Positions 29,837 to 40,206 are shown, counted from the first letter of the stretch. The stretch: 64,000 nucleotides of DNA from Candidatus Nomurabacteria bacterium (GCA_026395995.1 JAPLXQ010000010.1:218179-282178), one strand, 5' to 3'. Notes: generated from the sequence alone by a model not told the origin. Program-made: numbers and translations.

Positions 29837-31006
29837 GTGTTAAAATCAACCAAAAAACTTAATAAAATATACTTAGATTACGCTTCAGCTACCCCTATGG
29901 ATATAAATGTTTTAAAAGTACTCACTAAAGCCTTGAAGGAAAATTTTGCTAATGCTAGTGCTATTCATGATATGGCTGTCGAAAATAAGAAAGTTCTTGA
30001 TAATGCCCGTAAGGATGTGGCACGTTTTTTTGATGCTCATAGTAATGAAATCTTTTTTACGAGTGGATCTACTGAAAGTAACAATATTGTAATTCAAAAT
30101 TTTAAAAATATAGTTACGACAAACATAGAGCATGCTTCAATACTGGAACCCGCTCATTTGGTGAATACAACTTTTGTTGGGGTTGAATCAAATGGACTAA
30201 TAAATCCGAAGAAAATAAAAAAGGCGCTGACTTTGGAAACAGAATTAGTTTCTGTAATGTATGCAAACAATGAAATCGGCACAATACAGCCAATAAAAGA
30301 AATAGTGAAAGAAATTCGTCATTTTAATAAAACAAATAATACAAAAATTTTATTCCATACTGATGCGACACAAGCTGTGAATTATTTAGATATGAATGTT
30401 GAAAGACTCGGTGTAGACCTTATGTCTTTCAATGCTGGGAAAATTTATGGACCGAAGGGGATAGGGGCTTTGTATATTCGTCGCCGTACTCCGATTAAAA
30501 AAATAATTTTTGGTGGAGATCAAGAAAATGGAATGCGTGCCGGGACAGAAAATCTACCAGCTATTTTAGCTTTTGCTGAAGCCTTGAAAATTACAGAAAA
30601 AATAAAAGATAAAGAGGTCAAAAGATTAAAGAAATTACAAGAATATTTTATAAAGAAATTAAAAACTTTAGATAAAAATATTATTTTAAACGGTGATATA
30701 GAAAATAGGTTACCAAATAACATAAATATCACTATTCCTAAGATACCGAGTGATTTGCTCGTAATAGAGCTTTCAGCTAGAGGTGTGATGGTATCTGCGA
30801 AAAGTACCTGTAAATCAGGGGATGAAAAAGCTTCACATGTTATTCAAGCCATTCGTGAGTCTGAGCAAGGGGAGTCCTTACTCAATAAAGAAGTTGACGG
30901 ATCAATACGTTTTTCTATGGGACGTGAGACTACAAAACAAGACATTGATTATACTTTAAAGTCTCTTTCTCAAATTTTGTCTAAATTAAAAAAGTGGTAT
31001 ACTTAG
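29837..31006 (+). CDS. iscS: Cysteine desulfurase (IscS/NifS)
   Basis: IYLDYASATP, FTSGSTESNN, NNEIGTIQP, HTDATQA, KIYGPKG, RAGTEN, catalytic Cys in KSTCKS. Confidence 0.9.
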   Translation: MLKSTKKLNKIYLDYASATPMDINVLKVLTKALKENFANASAIHDMAVENKKVLDNARKDVARFFDAHSNEIFFTSGSTESNNIVIQNFKNIVTTNIEHASILEPAHLVNTTFVGVESNGLINPKKIKKALTLETELVSVMYANNEIGTIQPIKEIVKEIRHFNKTNNTKILFHTDATQAVNYLDMNVERLGVDLMSFNAGKIYGPKGIGALYIRRRTPIKKIIFGGDQENGMRAGTENLPAILAFAEALKITEKIKDKEVKRLKKLQEYFIKKLKTLDKNIILNGDIENRLPNNINITIPKIPSDLLVIELSARGVMVSAKSTCKSGDEKASHVIQAIRESEQGESLLNKEVDGSIRFSMGRETTKQDIDYTLKSLSQILSKLKKWYT

Positions 31007-31009
31007 GTT

Positions 31010-31543
31010 ATGGAAATGAAAGAATTAAACAAATCGCAACTTATATTATTAGCTCTGCTAATTTCTTTTGTGACGTCTATCGCCACAGGTATTTCGACTG
31101 TGACTTTGATGCAACAAGCACCACCATCTATCACTACTCCAATACAAAAAATAATCAGACAAACTGTTGAAAAAATTGTTCCATCTGATACAAAAGGTGA
31201 TGCGCTTACAGCTGATCAACAAAAATTACTTGAAAACTTAAAAGCCATCCAACCTCTTACTGTCTCTTTATTCTTAAAGGGAGATGCCATAAAGAAGATT
31301 GATGACAAGATTTTGGGCACAGGATTATTTTTAGGTAATGATAAGGTTGTTATTTCTTCTGTTATATCTCAACCAAAAGACGGGGAAGTATACATCGTAA
31401 AAAGTGTTTTAGGGGAACAAAAAATTTCAAAGATTATAGCTGATAAAGATTTCACCGTCGTCGAGCTTGCCCCAGTCGTCGCTACACCTACACCAGATAC
31501 TACAACTACTGGCACTACTCCAGCCATTCCTACAGTTCAGTAA
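31010..31543 (+). CDS. Membrane-anchored hypothetical protein
   Basis: N-terminal TM (LLALLISFVTSIATGI); GTGLF resembles a remnant trypsin-like fold without a catalytic GxSG. Confidence 0.55.
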   Translation: MEMKELNKSQLILLALLISFVTSIATGISTVTLMQQAPPSITTPIQKIIRQTVEKIVPSDTKGDALTADQQKLLENLKAIQPLTVSLFLKGDAIKKIDDKILGTGLFLGNDKVVISSVISQPKDGEVYIVKSVLGEQKISKIIADKDFTVVELAPVVATPTPDTTTTGTTPAIPTVQ

Positions 31544-31578
31544 TTTGACTTATTAATTTTTAATGTTATTGTATAAAT

Positions 31579-34242
31579 ATGCCACCACTAAATAGATTTA
31601 CAACTAAAGCTAAAGAAGCTATTAAAAAAGCGCACGAACTCGCTATTGAACGTGGGCAAAATCATGTATCTGCTATGCATTTACTTTCAGCACTTCTTTT
31701 ACAAGAAGAAAGTATTGTTCTTTCCATTTTAGATAAAATGGAAATTGATACAATGCTTTTGACCGACTCTGTTTTAGAAGCGATTGAAATTCCTGAAACT
31801 CGCTCGACTCTTTCGCCTGCATATCAAATATATTTGACTCCTGATATGGCGACAGCACTTGAGCAATCTGCAAAAACTGCGGAAACAATGAAAGATGAAT
31901 TTGTATCTACAGAACATCTTTTTATTTCTTTACTTGAAATACAAAGTGATACACATGAAATGCTGACTCGTTTTAAAATCTTCAAAGAAAATGTCGTAAA
32001 AATATTAGAAGATCTTCGTTCACAAGGACATGACAATGCTTCCACTCCAAAGAAAAATAAATTAATTACAAAATATACTCGCAACCTTACAAAGCTCGCT
32101 CGCGAAGATAAGCTTGATCCTGTCATTGGTCGTGATACAGAAATAATGCGTATAATGCAAATACTTTCTCGTCGTACAAAAAATAATCCTATTTTAATAG
32201 GTGAAGCTGGTACAGGAAAAACAGCTGTCGTCGAAGGTTTAGCAAATAGAATTGCCAAGGGTGATGTCTCTGAATCACTTCGTGATAAAGAAATTGTCTC
32301 TCTAGATCTCGGCTCTATGATTGCGGGCACAAAATACCGTGGAGAATTTGAAGAACGTTTGAATGGTTTGATGAAAGAAATAGAAAGAGCTGAAGGAAAA
32401 ATAATTCTTTTTATTGATGAAATACATACTATTGTCGGAGCAGGTGGAGCCGAAGGGACTCTTGATGCTTCCAATATGCTAAAGCCTGCACTTTCTCGTG
32501 GAGAACTTCGGGCTATCGGTGCGACAACTTTGAAAGAATATCAAAAACATATTGAAAAAGATCCTGCATTGGCTCGTCGTTTTCAGCCTGTCTATGTCGA
32601 TGAACCAAATATCGAAGATGCAATTACAATTCTTCGTGGACTTAAAGAGCGTTATGAGCTTTTTCATGGTGTCCGAATTACCGATGATGCAATTTTGTCT
32701 GCTGTGAATTTAAGTGCACGATATATCACAAATAGATTTCTACCAGACAAGGCTATCGATCTTATAGACGAAGCTTCTTCGTCCTTAAAAATTGCTATTG
32801 AAAACAAACCAAAAGAACTCGAAGATGCACATAGAAAAATAATGCGTTTGGAAATTGAAAAAGAAGCTTTGAAAAAAGAGACTGATGCCAAAAGTCGTGT
32901 AAAAGAAATTGATAATGCTATTGGTAATTTACAAGAGAAAACAAAAGAACTCGAACTTAAATGGAAAAATGAGAAGTCTACAGTCTTAGAGATTCGTTCG
33001 ATTAAAAAAGAATTGGAAACTCTTCGTGTGGAAGCTGAAAATGCAGAAATGCGTGCCGATCTTGCCTTGGCTGCAGAAATTCGTTATGGAAAAATTCCTG
33101 AATTGAAAAAGGAATTGGAAAGTAAATTACTTCGTTTAAAGAAATTACAAAAGTCTCGCCGAATCTTGAAAGAAGAAATTACAGCGGAAGACATTGCCGA
33201 AGTTGTAGCTCGCTGGACTGGAATTCCACTTACAAAAATGATGGAAGAAGAACGTGCAAAACTCGCCCGAATGGAGGAAGAATTGGCTAAACGCGTTATT
33301 GGTCAAAAGGAGGCTATTACTCGTGTGGCAGACGTTATACGCCGTTCTCGTGCTGGTATTTCAGACCCAAATAGACCAATCGGTTCATTTATATTCCTCG
33401 GTCCTACGGGTGTCGGAAAGACAGAGCTTACGAAGTCTTTAGCTCAATTTATGTTCAATGATGATCGCGCACTTATTCGTGTCGATATGTCTGAGTTTAT
33501 GGAACGTCACAGTGTCTCAAAACTTATTGGTTCACCACCAGGATATGTCGGTTATGAAGAAGCCGGACAGCTGACAGAATCAGTCCGTCATCGCCCTTAT
33601 GCTGTGATTCTTTTTGATGAAATTGAAAAAGCTCATCCAGAAGTTTTCAATATGCTTTTACAAGTTCTCGATGAAGGACGCCTGACAGATGGAAAAGGAA
33701 GAATTGTAAATTTCAAAAATACAATTATTATTTTGACTTCAAACATTGGCTCACAATTTGTAGAGAAAATGGAATCAATTGGTTTCTCAAATAATTCTGC
33801 TATTGAAAATTATTCTCAAACAAAAGATAAGGTCATGGAAAGTTTGAAAGATCATTTTTCTCCAGAATTTTTGAATCGTCTAGACGAGACTATTGTCTTT
33901 GATGTTCTTTCTCCAGAAGCTATACGTGAAATTGTAAACTTGAGAATCCAGGTTGTCGTCGAAAGATTAAAAGTAAAGGAAATTGGTTTTGAAATTTCTG
34001 AACAAGCTTTGGATTACTTGGCAAAAGAAGGTTACGATCCACATTTCGGTGCTCGCCCTATAAATAGACTGATTCAAACTAAAATCCTTAATCCCGTAGC
34101 TTCATATATTATTTCCAAGGGTACAAAGAAAGGGGATAAAGTATATGTCACAATGAAAAACAATGAGCTTAATATTGAAACTAAAAAATCCAAAATCAAA
34201 AGTCCTTTTGTCTCAAAAGCTAAAGTAGAAAAAAGTAAGTAA
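31579..34242 (+). CDS. clpB: ATP-dependent chaperone ClpB
   Basis: Two AAA+ modules ([16 protein letters not shown]), long middle coiled coil, GSPPGYVGY. Confidence 0.93.
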   Translation: MPPLNRFTTKAKEAIKKAHELAIERGQNHVSAMHLLSALLLQEESIVLSILDKMEIDTMLLTDSVLEAIEIPETRSTLSPAYQIYLTPDMATALEQSAKTAETMKDEFVSTEHLFISLLEIQSDTHEMLTRFKIFKENVVKILEDLRSQGHDNASTPKKNKLITKYTRNLTKLAREDKLDPVIGRDTEIMRIMQILSRRTKNNPILIGEAGTGKTAVVEGLANRIAKGDVSESLRDKEIVSLDLGSMIAGTKYRGEFEERLNGLMKEIERAEGKIILFIDEIHTIVGAGGAEGTLDASNMLKPALSRGELRAIGATTLKEYQKHIEKDPALARRFQPVYVDEPNIEDAITILRGLKERYELFHGVRITDDAILSAVNLSARYITNRFLPDKAIDLIDEASSSLKIAIENKPKELEDAHRKIMRLEIEKEALKKETDAKSRVKEIDNAIGNLQEKTKELELKWKNEKSTVLEIRSIKKELETLRVEAENAEMRADLALAAEIRYGKIPELKKELESKLLRLKKLQKSRRILKEEITAEDIAEVVARWTGIPLTKMMEEERAKLARMEEELAKRVIGQKEAITRVADVIRRSRAGISDPNRPIGSFIFLGPTGVGKTELTKSLAQFMFNDDRALIRVDMSEFMERHSVSKLIGSPPGYVGYEEAGQLTESVRHRPYAVILFDEIEKAHPEVFNMLLQVLDEGRLTDGKGRIVNFKNTIIILTSNIGSQFVEKMESIGFSNNSAIENYSQTKDKVMESLKDHFSPEFLNRLDETIVFDVLSPEAIREIVNLRIQVVVERLKVKEIGFEISEQALDYLAKEGYDPHFGARPINRLIQTKILNPVASYIISKGTKKGDKVYVTMKNNELNIETKKSKIKSPFVSKAKVEKSK

Positions 34243-34296
34243 AATAAAATCTAAAAAAGATGCAAAAAATTTGATTTTATGTTATTTTATATGAAT

Positions 34297-34379
34297 GCGT
34301 CGGTGGTAGAGTGGTCAATTACAACAGACTGTAAATCTGTCGCCTTCGGGCTACGAAGGTTCAAATCCTTCCCGACGCA
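34297..34379 (+). tRNA. tRNA-Tyr(GTA)
   Basis: GCGTCGG/CCGACGC, loop CT-GTA-AA, variable arm GCCTTCGGGC. Confidence 0.95.
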
Positions 34380-34506
34380 CAAAAAAATTCCTTAATTAGT
34401 TAAGGAATTTTGCATTTTATCTTCATATAGACTTCATTGTCGTTAAGGTATTATTAATTTATGAAAATTACAAAACAATTTTTATTATTAATAACTTTAA
34501 ATAAAT

Positions 34507-35730
34507 ATGAATAATCCATTTCAAAACGCAATGCATCAGCTCGAAAGAGCTACAAAGGTACAAAAATTTAGCTCAGAATTTATGTCACGTCTCGCTCAAC
34601 CAGAGAGAGAAATTAGAATAGCTATTCCAATAGTTATGGACGATGGCTTATTAAAAGTTTTTGAAGGCTATAGGGTTCAATATAATAGTGCCCGTGGTCC
34701 TTATAAGGGTGGTATTAGATATCATCAAGATACTGAAATTAACGAAGTAAAAGCTTTGGCTTTTTGGATGGCGCTGAAATGTGCTGTCGCAAATATTCCA
34801 ATGGGTGGAGGTAAAGGTGGTGTCACTGTCGACCCAAGAGAATTATCAAAAAATGAAATTGAAAAACTTTCACGTGGATGGGTTCGATTGATGGCTCAAA
34901 ATATTGGTCCAAAAGTCGATGTACCGGCACCTGATATGAATACTACTCCAGAAATTATGTCTTGGATGTCTGATGAATATTCAAAAATAACAGGAGATAA
35001 AACAAATGCCACATTTACAGGTAAGCCAATAGAAAATGGTGGATCAGAAGGCCGAGGTCCAGCTACAGGGCTCGGTGGATTTTATGTATTTGATATTCTT
35101 CGTCAAAAAATGAATTTACCAGAATCATGCAATATAGTTATTCAAGGATTTGGAAATGTCGGTGGTAATGCTGCAAATATTTTTTATAAAAATGGACATA
35201 AAATAATTGCCTTGTCAGATGTCGAAGGTGGAATTCTTAAAGAAGATGGAATCGATATAACAGCTTTAAATGAATATCGAAAAGTAAATGGAAAAATTAT
35301 AGATTTTCCTGGGTCTAGAAAAATATCTAATGATGAATTATTAACTCTAGAATGTGATGTACTTATTCCAGCTGCACTAGAAAGCCAGATTACAGAAAAA
35401 AATGCTAAAGATATAAAAGCAAAACTTGTCATGGAGCTAGCAAACGGTCCCACTACTCCAGAAGCAGATGATATTTTATTTGGACGTAATATTCCTGTCA
35501 TACCAGATATTTTAGCAAATGCTGGTGGGGTGACTGTTTCGACTTTTGAATGGGAACAAAATCTAAAAGGGGAACATTGGGGCGAAGATGAAGTATTTTC
35601 AAAGCTTAAGGTAATCATGGAAACTGAAGCCTTGGGGATTTATGAAAAAGCAAAAATACTCAATACTGACATGCGTCGATCTGCGTTTATTATAGCCTTA
35701 GAAAGGATAGAAAAGGCAACAAAGATATAA
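34507..35730 (+). CDS. gdhA: Glu/Leu/Phe/Val dehydrogenase (glutamate dehydrogenase)
   Basis: GPYKGGIRY, GGGKGG, DVPAPD, IQGFGNVG, PDILANAGGV. Confidence 0.93.
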   Translation: MNNPFQNAMHQLERATKVQKFSSEFMSRLAQPEREIRIAIPIVMDDGLLKVFEGYRVQYNSARGPYKGGIRYHQDTEINEVKALAFWMALKCAVANIPMGGGKGGVTVDPRELSKNEIEKLSRGWVRLMAQNIGPKVDVPAPDMNTTPEIMSWMSDEYSKITGDKTNATFTGKPIENGGSEGRGPATGLGGFYVFDILRQKMNLPESCNIVIQGFGNVGGNAANIFYKNGHKIIALSDVEGGILKEDGIDITALNEYRKVNGKIIDFPGSRKISNDELLTLECDVLIPAALESQITEKNAKDIKAKLVMELANGPTTPEADDILFGRNIPVIPDILANAGGVTVSTFEWEQNLKGEHWGEDEVFSKLKVIMETEALGIYEKAKILNTDMRRSAFIIALERIEKATKI

Positions 35731-35777
35731 AGTGATATTTAGTTGCATTTTTTGGGCTTTTGTATTAAGATAGTCAT

Positions 35778-35942
35778 ATGTCAAACGATAGACTTTTTAG
35801 ATTAAAATGCAGTACTTGCAAGAACGCCAATTATTACAGTACTAAAAATAAGAAACTCGTCACTAAAAAGATTGAGCTTTTGAAGTTTTGTAAAACTTGC
35901 CGAAAGAAAACTAAACACAAAGAAGCCAAAATTACTGGCTAA
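35778..35942 (+). CDS. rpmG: 50S ribosomal protein L33 (not in ORF track)
   Basis: MSNDRLFRLKCSTCKNANYYSTKNKKLVTKKIELLKFCKTCRKKTKHKEAKITG; zinc-binding form. Confidence 0.93.
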   Translation: MSNDRLFRLKCSTCKNANYYSTKNKKLVTKKIELLKFCKTCRKKTKHKEAKITG

Positions 35943-36032
35943 TACTGTTATAAATATTACCGCCTTCAGGCGGTTTATTTATTTAATATAGAAATAATTT
36001 TAAATTTTTAATTCTTGTGATATAATAAGGTC

Positions 36033-36207
36033 GGCAGTAAATGTTTGCTGCTTGCTCTTTATTTTTTAGGGATCAATTCGTAATGATTTGGTCCTAGGGG
36101 GTACGTAATTTATTAATTTTGCGCTATCCCTGCTCCTCCGATTTTATCGGAGGACGTGGGCGATTTATAGTCGGTATAATTTTGGAGTTCAACTCTCCAG
36201 TCGTCCT
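36033..36207 (+). ncRNA. Putative structured ncRNA: four hairpins plus a 3' tRNA-like domain lacking an anticodon arm
   Basis: Extended -10 TGATATAAT (36018-36026); stems 36034-36051, 36069-36095, 36097-36131, 36134-36154; acceptor-like GGGCGAT/GTCGTCC, D-like loop AGTCGGT, T-arm TGGAG-TTCAACT-CTCCA. Confidence 0.6.
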
Positions 36208-36293
36208 CAATTTTAGTTCGTAAAATAGTTTAGTATTTCATTTTTTGTTTGTTGTAGTATAATAGTTATGTAACCCTATGAGTGGGTTTTATT

Positions 36294-36950
36294 ATGAAAA
36301 AAGATTTACAACAAAAAGCAAAGAAATTAAGAGCTGAGGGTTATTCAATTAAAGAACTTCAGAATATTTTAAATGTATCAAAGAGTACAATTTCTTTATG
36401 GGTAAGAGATATTGAACTTTCTAAAGATGCTCAAATACGCATTCAAAATAATTACACAAAAGGTCAATTGGCTTCTCAAAAAACTATACAAAAACAAACT
36501 CAAGAAAAAAATATTTTAGCTGATAGTTTCGCAGAAAATATTATCAAACAAATAGATATTTCTTTTGAAAATTCATTAGTATTGTGTTCGATGATATATC
36601 AGTGTGAGGGTAGTAAAAACATAAAAGATTCTGTTACTTTTACAAATTCTGATCCAGCTCTAATAAAGAATTTCTTGTTCTTTTTTAGAAAAAGTTTTCA
36701 TTTAGATGAAAGTAAATTCAGAGTTTTAATGCACTTACATAGTTATCATAATGAAAATACGCAAAAGAAATTTTGGTCTAATATTACAAATATTCCCACA
36801 AAAAATTTTTTAAAAACTTTCAATAAAGAAAGTACTGGTTCTTATAAAAAAGAAGGGTATCAAGGATGTATTCAAGTTCGTTATCGTGATGTTGTAATGG
36901 GTAGAAAAATTCAAGCGGTTGCAAAAAAGTTTATGGAAAGGTATAAATAG
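36294..36950 (+). CDS. HTH + LAGLIDADG-like endonuclease-fold protein
   Basis: N-terminal HTH (LRAEGYSIKEL..VSKSTISLWVR), LCSMIYQCEG, FTNSDP, FWS; paralog of 61541-62167; ends 7 nt before tRNA-Trp. Confidence 0.7.
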   Translation: MKKDLQQKAKKLRAEGYSIKELQNILNVSKSTISLWVRDIELSKDAQIRIQNNYTKGQLASQKTIQKQTQEKNILADSFAENIIKQIDISFENSLVLCSMIYQCEGSKNIKDSVTFTNSDPALIKNFLFFFRKSFHLDESKFRVLMHLHSYHNENTQKKFWSNITNIPTKNFLKTFNKESTGSYKKEGYQGCIQVRYRDVVMGRKIQAVAKKFMERYK

Positions 36951-36957
36951 TATGCAC

Positions 36958-37028
36958 GGGCCTATAGTTCAGTGGTAGAATAAACGTCTCCAACACGTTT
37001 GACCGGGGTTCGAATCCTCGTGGGCCCG
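36958..37028 (+). tRNA. tRNA-Trp(CCA)
   Basis: GGGCCTA/TGGGCCC, loop CT-CCA-AC, GGTTCGAATCC. Confidence 0.93.
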
Positions 37029-37051
37029 CAAAAATTTGATATACTAGTTAC

Positions 37052-37465
37052 ATGGAAAAAGAACATCTAAAAGTGAATGTGGCTGTAGGTGTCGTCATTA
37101 AACAAAACGACAAATATCTTTTAGTGCAAGAAAAAAAGCCTAGTGCTTATGGTCTTTGGTGTTTACCAGCAGGTAGAGTCGATATTGGTGAATCAATCGA
37201 ACAAGCAGCAATAAGAGAAGTAAAAGAAGAAACAGGGTATGATATAGAGCTGATAAAAGAGCTAGCTGTTTTCCATCCTATGACAAATCCTACTGAGGCT
37301 GTAAAACATGCTTTTGAAGCAAAAATAATAGGTGGAGAATTAAATTTTCCAAAAGATGAAATGCTTGATGCTAGATGGTTTACATTTGAGGAAATAAAAC
37401 AAATGGAAGACAAACTTAGAAATGAATGGATATTCAAATCTATAACTATATTAGAAGGTAAATAG
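37052..37465 (+). CDS. NUDIX hydrolase
   Basis: Nudix box GRVDIGESIEQAAIREVKEETG. Confidence 0.93.
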   Translation: MEKEHLKVNVAVGVVIKQNDKYLLVQEKKPSAYGLWCLPAGRVDIGESIEQAAIREVKEETGYDIELIKELAVFHPMTNPTEAVKHAFEAKIIGGELNFPKDEMLDARWFTFEEIKQMEDKLRNEWIFKSITILEGK

Positions 37466-37482
37466 ACTTTCCCAACAAGAGT

Positions 37483-38161
37483 GGTTCCAACAGCCAATAC
37501 ACTGCCCGCATCTTTTTTTTTGATGTATAATTACAGCTATGAAGAAAAATTTAGCTTTTGATTTTGATGATGTTCTTTGCGATACAACCAAAGCATTTTT
37601 ACTATTTCACAAGAAAAAATATGGAAGTACGATTCCTTATACCACTGCTAAAGTTGTATTATATAAAAACTTACACATTAGTGAAAAAGAAGAAGATAAA
37701 AGATGGAACGAATTCTTTCAAGATACAACATTTTGCTATCCTGCTCCATCAAAAAATCTTATAGAAATACTGCAAATACTCAAGAAGGATTACCGTCTAA
37801 TAGTAATATCAGCTCGAGATAAAAAATGGCAATATAATGTCTTTTCTTGGATAGAAAAATACGTGCCTAATGTTTTTGAAGAAATTATATTTCTTGATAG
37901 TAGGGGAGTTAAAAAGAGTAAAGGGATGATTTGCAGAAAAAATAAAACAATAGCCTTAATTGAAGACGACCCAGAGCACATAAAATCATGTGTTGATTTT
38001 GAAATGCCAGTTATTGTTTTTGACAGACCTTGGAACAAAAAACTTAAGAAAAGTATACCGAGGATTAAAAGTCTATCTCAAATAAAAAAGATACTATCTA
38101 CAAAATTTTAACCCTTATTTATCAATAAACCCGGTTCCAACAGCCAACCACACTGCCCGCA
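37483..38161 (+). repeat. Direct repeat pair (37483-37510, 38133-38161) resembling the tRNA-Trp 3' end
   Basis: GGTTCCAACAGCCAATACACTGCCCGCA and GGTTCCAACAGCCAACCACACTGCCCGCA. Confidence 0.9.
37539..38111 (+). CDS. HAD-family 5'(3')-deoxyribonucleotidase-like protein
   Basis: AFDFDDVL, ISAR, K, LIEDD, FDRPWN. Confidence 0.85.
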   Translation: MKKNLAFDFDDVLCDTTKAFLLFHKKKYGSTIPYTTAKVVLYKNLHISEKEEDKRWNEFFQDTTFCYPAPSKNLIEILQILKKDYRLIVISARDKKWQYNVFSWIEKYVPNVFEEIIFLDSRGVKKSKGMICRKNKTIALIEDDPEHIKSCVDFEMPVIVFDRPWNKKLKKSIPRIKSLSQIKKILSTKF

Positions 38162-38265
38162 ATGATACAAAAAAGAGCTTAAATGGCTCTTTTTTGTATT
38201 TATATTTTAGTTGATTATTTTAGGTAAAAGTATTAAGGTTAAAGAAAACAGTAAATTTAAAAAAA

Positions 38266-38877
38266 ATGAAATATATTTTTGATTTAAAATACTCTGAGCT
38301 TGCGCCAGATGTTATAAAAAGTTTATCAGAATTACCTAGGACTGGCTGGGTAGATAGAAAAGTTACAAACCCTGAAACAGTCCAAGAGCATATTATTGCT
38401 GTAAGAGAATTAGTTATTTCAGAGATACAAAATCTAGATGATTTTTCTCCTCAAGAAATAAATGAAACATTAGATATGTTAGAGGTTCATGACTGGCCAG
38501 AATCAGATAAAAAAGTTGGTGATATTGTAATTGTTACATACGATCTAGAAGAGAAGAAAAGATTGAAAGAATTAAAATTCAAACTCGAACTTGAAGCGAT
38601 GACTAAAATTTGTACTCCGCTTGGAGAGAGGGGCAGAAGAATTTTTGATTTATGGATGAGGTTCGAAAAGAAAGAGGATCGTATTTCAATTTTTGCTAAT
38701 CAAGTAGATAAATATCAACCTTTTGAAAAGGCATTTGAATATGAAGAAAGAGGTGAAAAGAAAGTATCAACTCAGGAATTTATTGATTATTCAGAAAAAG
38801 TCATAGTATATCCTGCTTTATTGAGAAGACTAGAAAATCTTAAGCTAAAATTAGCTAATTTAAAAAAGAGCCACTAG
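38266..38877 (+). CDS. HD-domain phosphohydrolase (YfbR/HDDC2-like)
   Basis: LPRTGW..PETVQEH, VHDWPE..GDI, QVDK. Confidence 0.85.
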   Translation: MKYIFDLKYSELAPDVIKSLSELPRTGWVDRKVTNPETVQEHIIAVRELVISEIQNLDDFSPQEINETLDMLEVHDWPESDKKVGDIVIVTYDLEEKKRLKELKFKLELEAMTKICTPLGERGRRIFDLWMRFEKKEDRISIFANQVDKYQPFEKAFEYEERGEKKVSTQEFIDYSEKVIVYPALLRRLENLKLKLANLKKSH

Positions 38878-39022
38878 AGGCTCTTTTTATTGTTAATAGT
38901 CTTGAAAAATCATTACATTTATGATAATCTTTGTTTATTGGTGTGTTTGTCGGCGTAGTTGTTTTGGTATATAACATTAAATACTAAACATACGTTGCTT
39001 AAAAATATAAATAGGTTTTCAT

Positions 39023-39095
39023 GTCGGCGTAGCTCAGTTGGTAGAGCATAGCACTCATAAAGCTAAGGTCACAGGTTCAATCCCTGTCGCCGACA
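39023..39095 (+). tRNA. tRNA with CAT anticodon (elongator Met or Ile2)
   Basis: GTCGGCG/CGCCGAC, loop CT-CAT-AA, GGTTCAATCCC. Confidence 0.9.
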
Positions 39096-39154
39096 CAAAT
39101 TATAAGAAGTATATAGGGTAGTATATATTACTGTCACCATGATATAATATATAG

Positions 39155-39826
39155 GTGCCAGTCTATAAAAAGGTAAATAAAGATTTTTTTAAAAAATGGT
39201 CACCTGAAATGGCTTATGTTTTAGGTTTTTTATTTGCTGATGGAAATATTGTTCATACAAAAAGAAATACTTGGTTTTGGTCTTTACAAATTACCGATAA
39301 GGATATTTTAATAAAGATAAAAAAAGAAATTAATTCATCACATAAGGTTTCGTTTAAAAAGAAGGTTTTAAATAATAAACAGTTGTATCGTTTACAGATT
39401 GGAAGCAAAGAAATGTGTGAAGATTTAATTAAATTAGGTTTAACTCCACAAAAAAGTAAAACAATGATATTTCCACAAGTTCCAGAAAAATATTTTTCTG
39501 ATTTTTTGCGTGGTTATTTTGATGGAGATGGTGGAGTTTGGTTTGGTTTAAAAAATAAAAAAAATATTAATCAATCTTATGTAATTAATGTTTGCTTTAC
39601 TTCAGGTAGTAAAGATTTTTTAATCTTCCTGAGAGGTATTTTGAATAAAAAATCTATTTTAGGTGGTTCTTTGGTAGAAAAAGAAAGAGGGTTTGATTTA
39701 AAATATAGTATCAAAAATTCTTTGATTTTATATAAAATAATGTATAATAGTAATGTTCTCAAAAATAACCTGTTTTTAGAAAGAAAAAGAGCTATTTTTG
39801 AGAAGTTTATATGTTTGCGATCGTAG
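39155..39826 (+). CDS. Free-standing double-motif LAGLIDADG homing endonuclease
   Basis: AYVLGFLFADG and DFLRGYFDGDG motifs, LERK tail; stop TAG lies inside tRNA-Asp. Confidence 0.88.
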   Translation: MPVYKKVNKDFFKKWSPEMAYVLGFLFADGNIVHTKRNTWFWSLQITDKDILIKIKKEINSSHKVSFKKKVLNNKQLYRLQIGSKEMCEDLIKLGLTPQKSKTMIFPQVPEKYFSDFLRGYFDGDGGVWFGLKNKKNINQSYVINVCFTSGSKDFLIFLRGILNKKSILGGSLVEKERGFDLKYSIKNSLILYKIMYNSNVLKNNLFLERKRAIFEKFICLRS

Positions 39827-40130
39827 CTCAACTGGTTAGAGCACCCGCCTGTAGATTCGTGCAGCTTTCTGTCGAAATGGCAGATTGAAACTCTTTGGGA
39901 TATCGGTGAAGGCTAAGTTTGCCGTTTTGGTGAATATGCGAATACCGAGGGAACCCTTCCACATTTTTACTTTATAATAAATAAGTAAAGAGAAGGGGCG
40001 CCGTAGAGACTAGATACCGAAGCACCTAAATTCATTTTAATGAACACGGTGAAGATATAGTCCACGCCTTTATGAAAATATTGGATTTAGTGCACGTGGG
40101 AGGTTGCCGGTTCAAGCCCGGTCGATCGCG
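39817..40130 (+). tRNA. tRNA-Asp(GTC), split; exons 39817-39852 and 40093-40130
   Basis: Joined exons give GCGATCG/CGATCGC acceptor, CCCGC-CT-GTC-AC-GTGGG anticodon arm, discriminator G. Confidence 0.92.
39853..40092 (+). ncRNA. Group I self-splicing intron (240 nt, no ORF) at anticodon position 35/36
   Basis: 5' exon ends in U and intron ends in G; P1 CTGT|A pairs with TGCAG; P10 CGTG pairs with CACG; P/Q TATCGGTGAA/AATACCGAG; R GTAGAGACTA; S AAGATATAGTCC. Confidence 0.92.
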
Positions 40131-40206
40131 CAAATGAAAAACACCTATTTAAGTATAGGTGTTTTTCTGTATAGTGATTGGATAGGAGAACTGGTATAAT
40201 CATTTT

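Noticed and set aside
36033-36207. tmRNA, SRP RNA or a normal tRNA
   Set aside because: No tag reading frame or pseudoknot body between the acceptor strands, no SRP helix-8 motif, and no anticodon arm.
36211-36293. tRNA-Trp 5' scar upstream of the first HTH-LAGLIDADG gene
   Set aside because: Only ATAGTTTAGTA resembles the scar; too weak in AT-rich DNA.
37483-38161. CRISPR array
   Set aside because: Only two repeats, separated by a whole gene, and no cas genes in the window.
39853-40092. Intron-encoded endonuclease
   Set aside because: The intron is 240 nt with no usable ORF; the endonuclease lies outside it.
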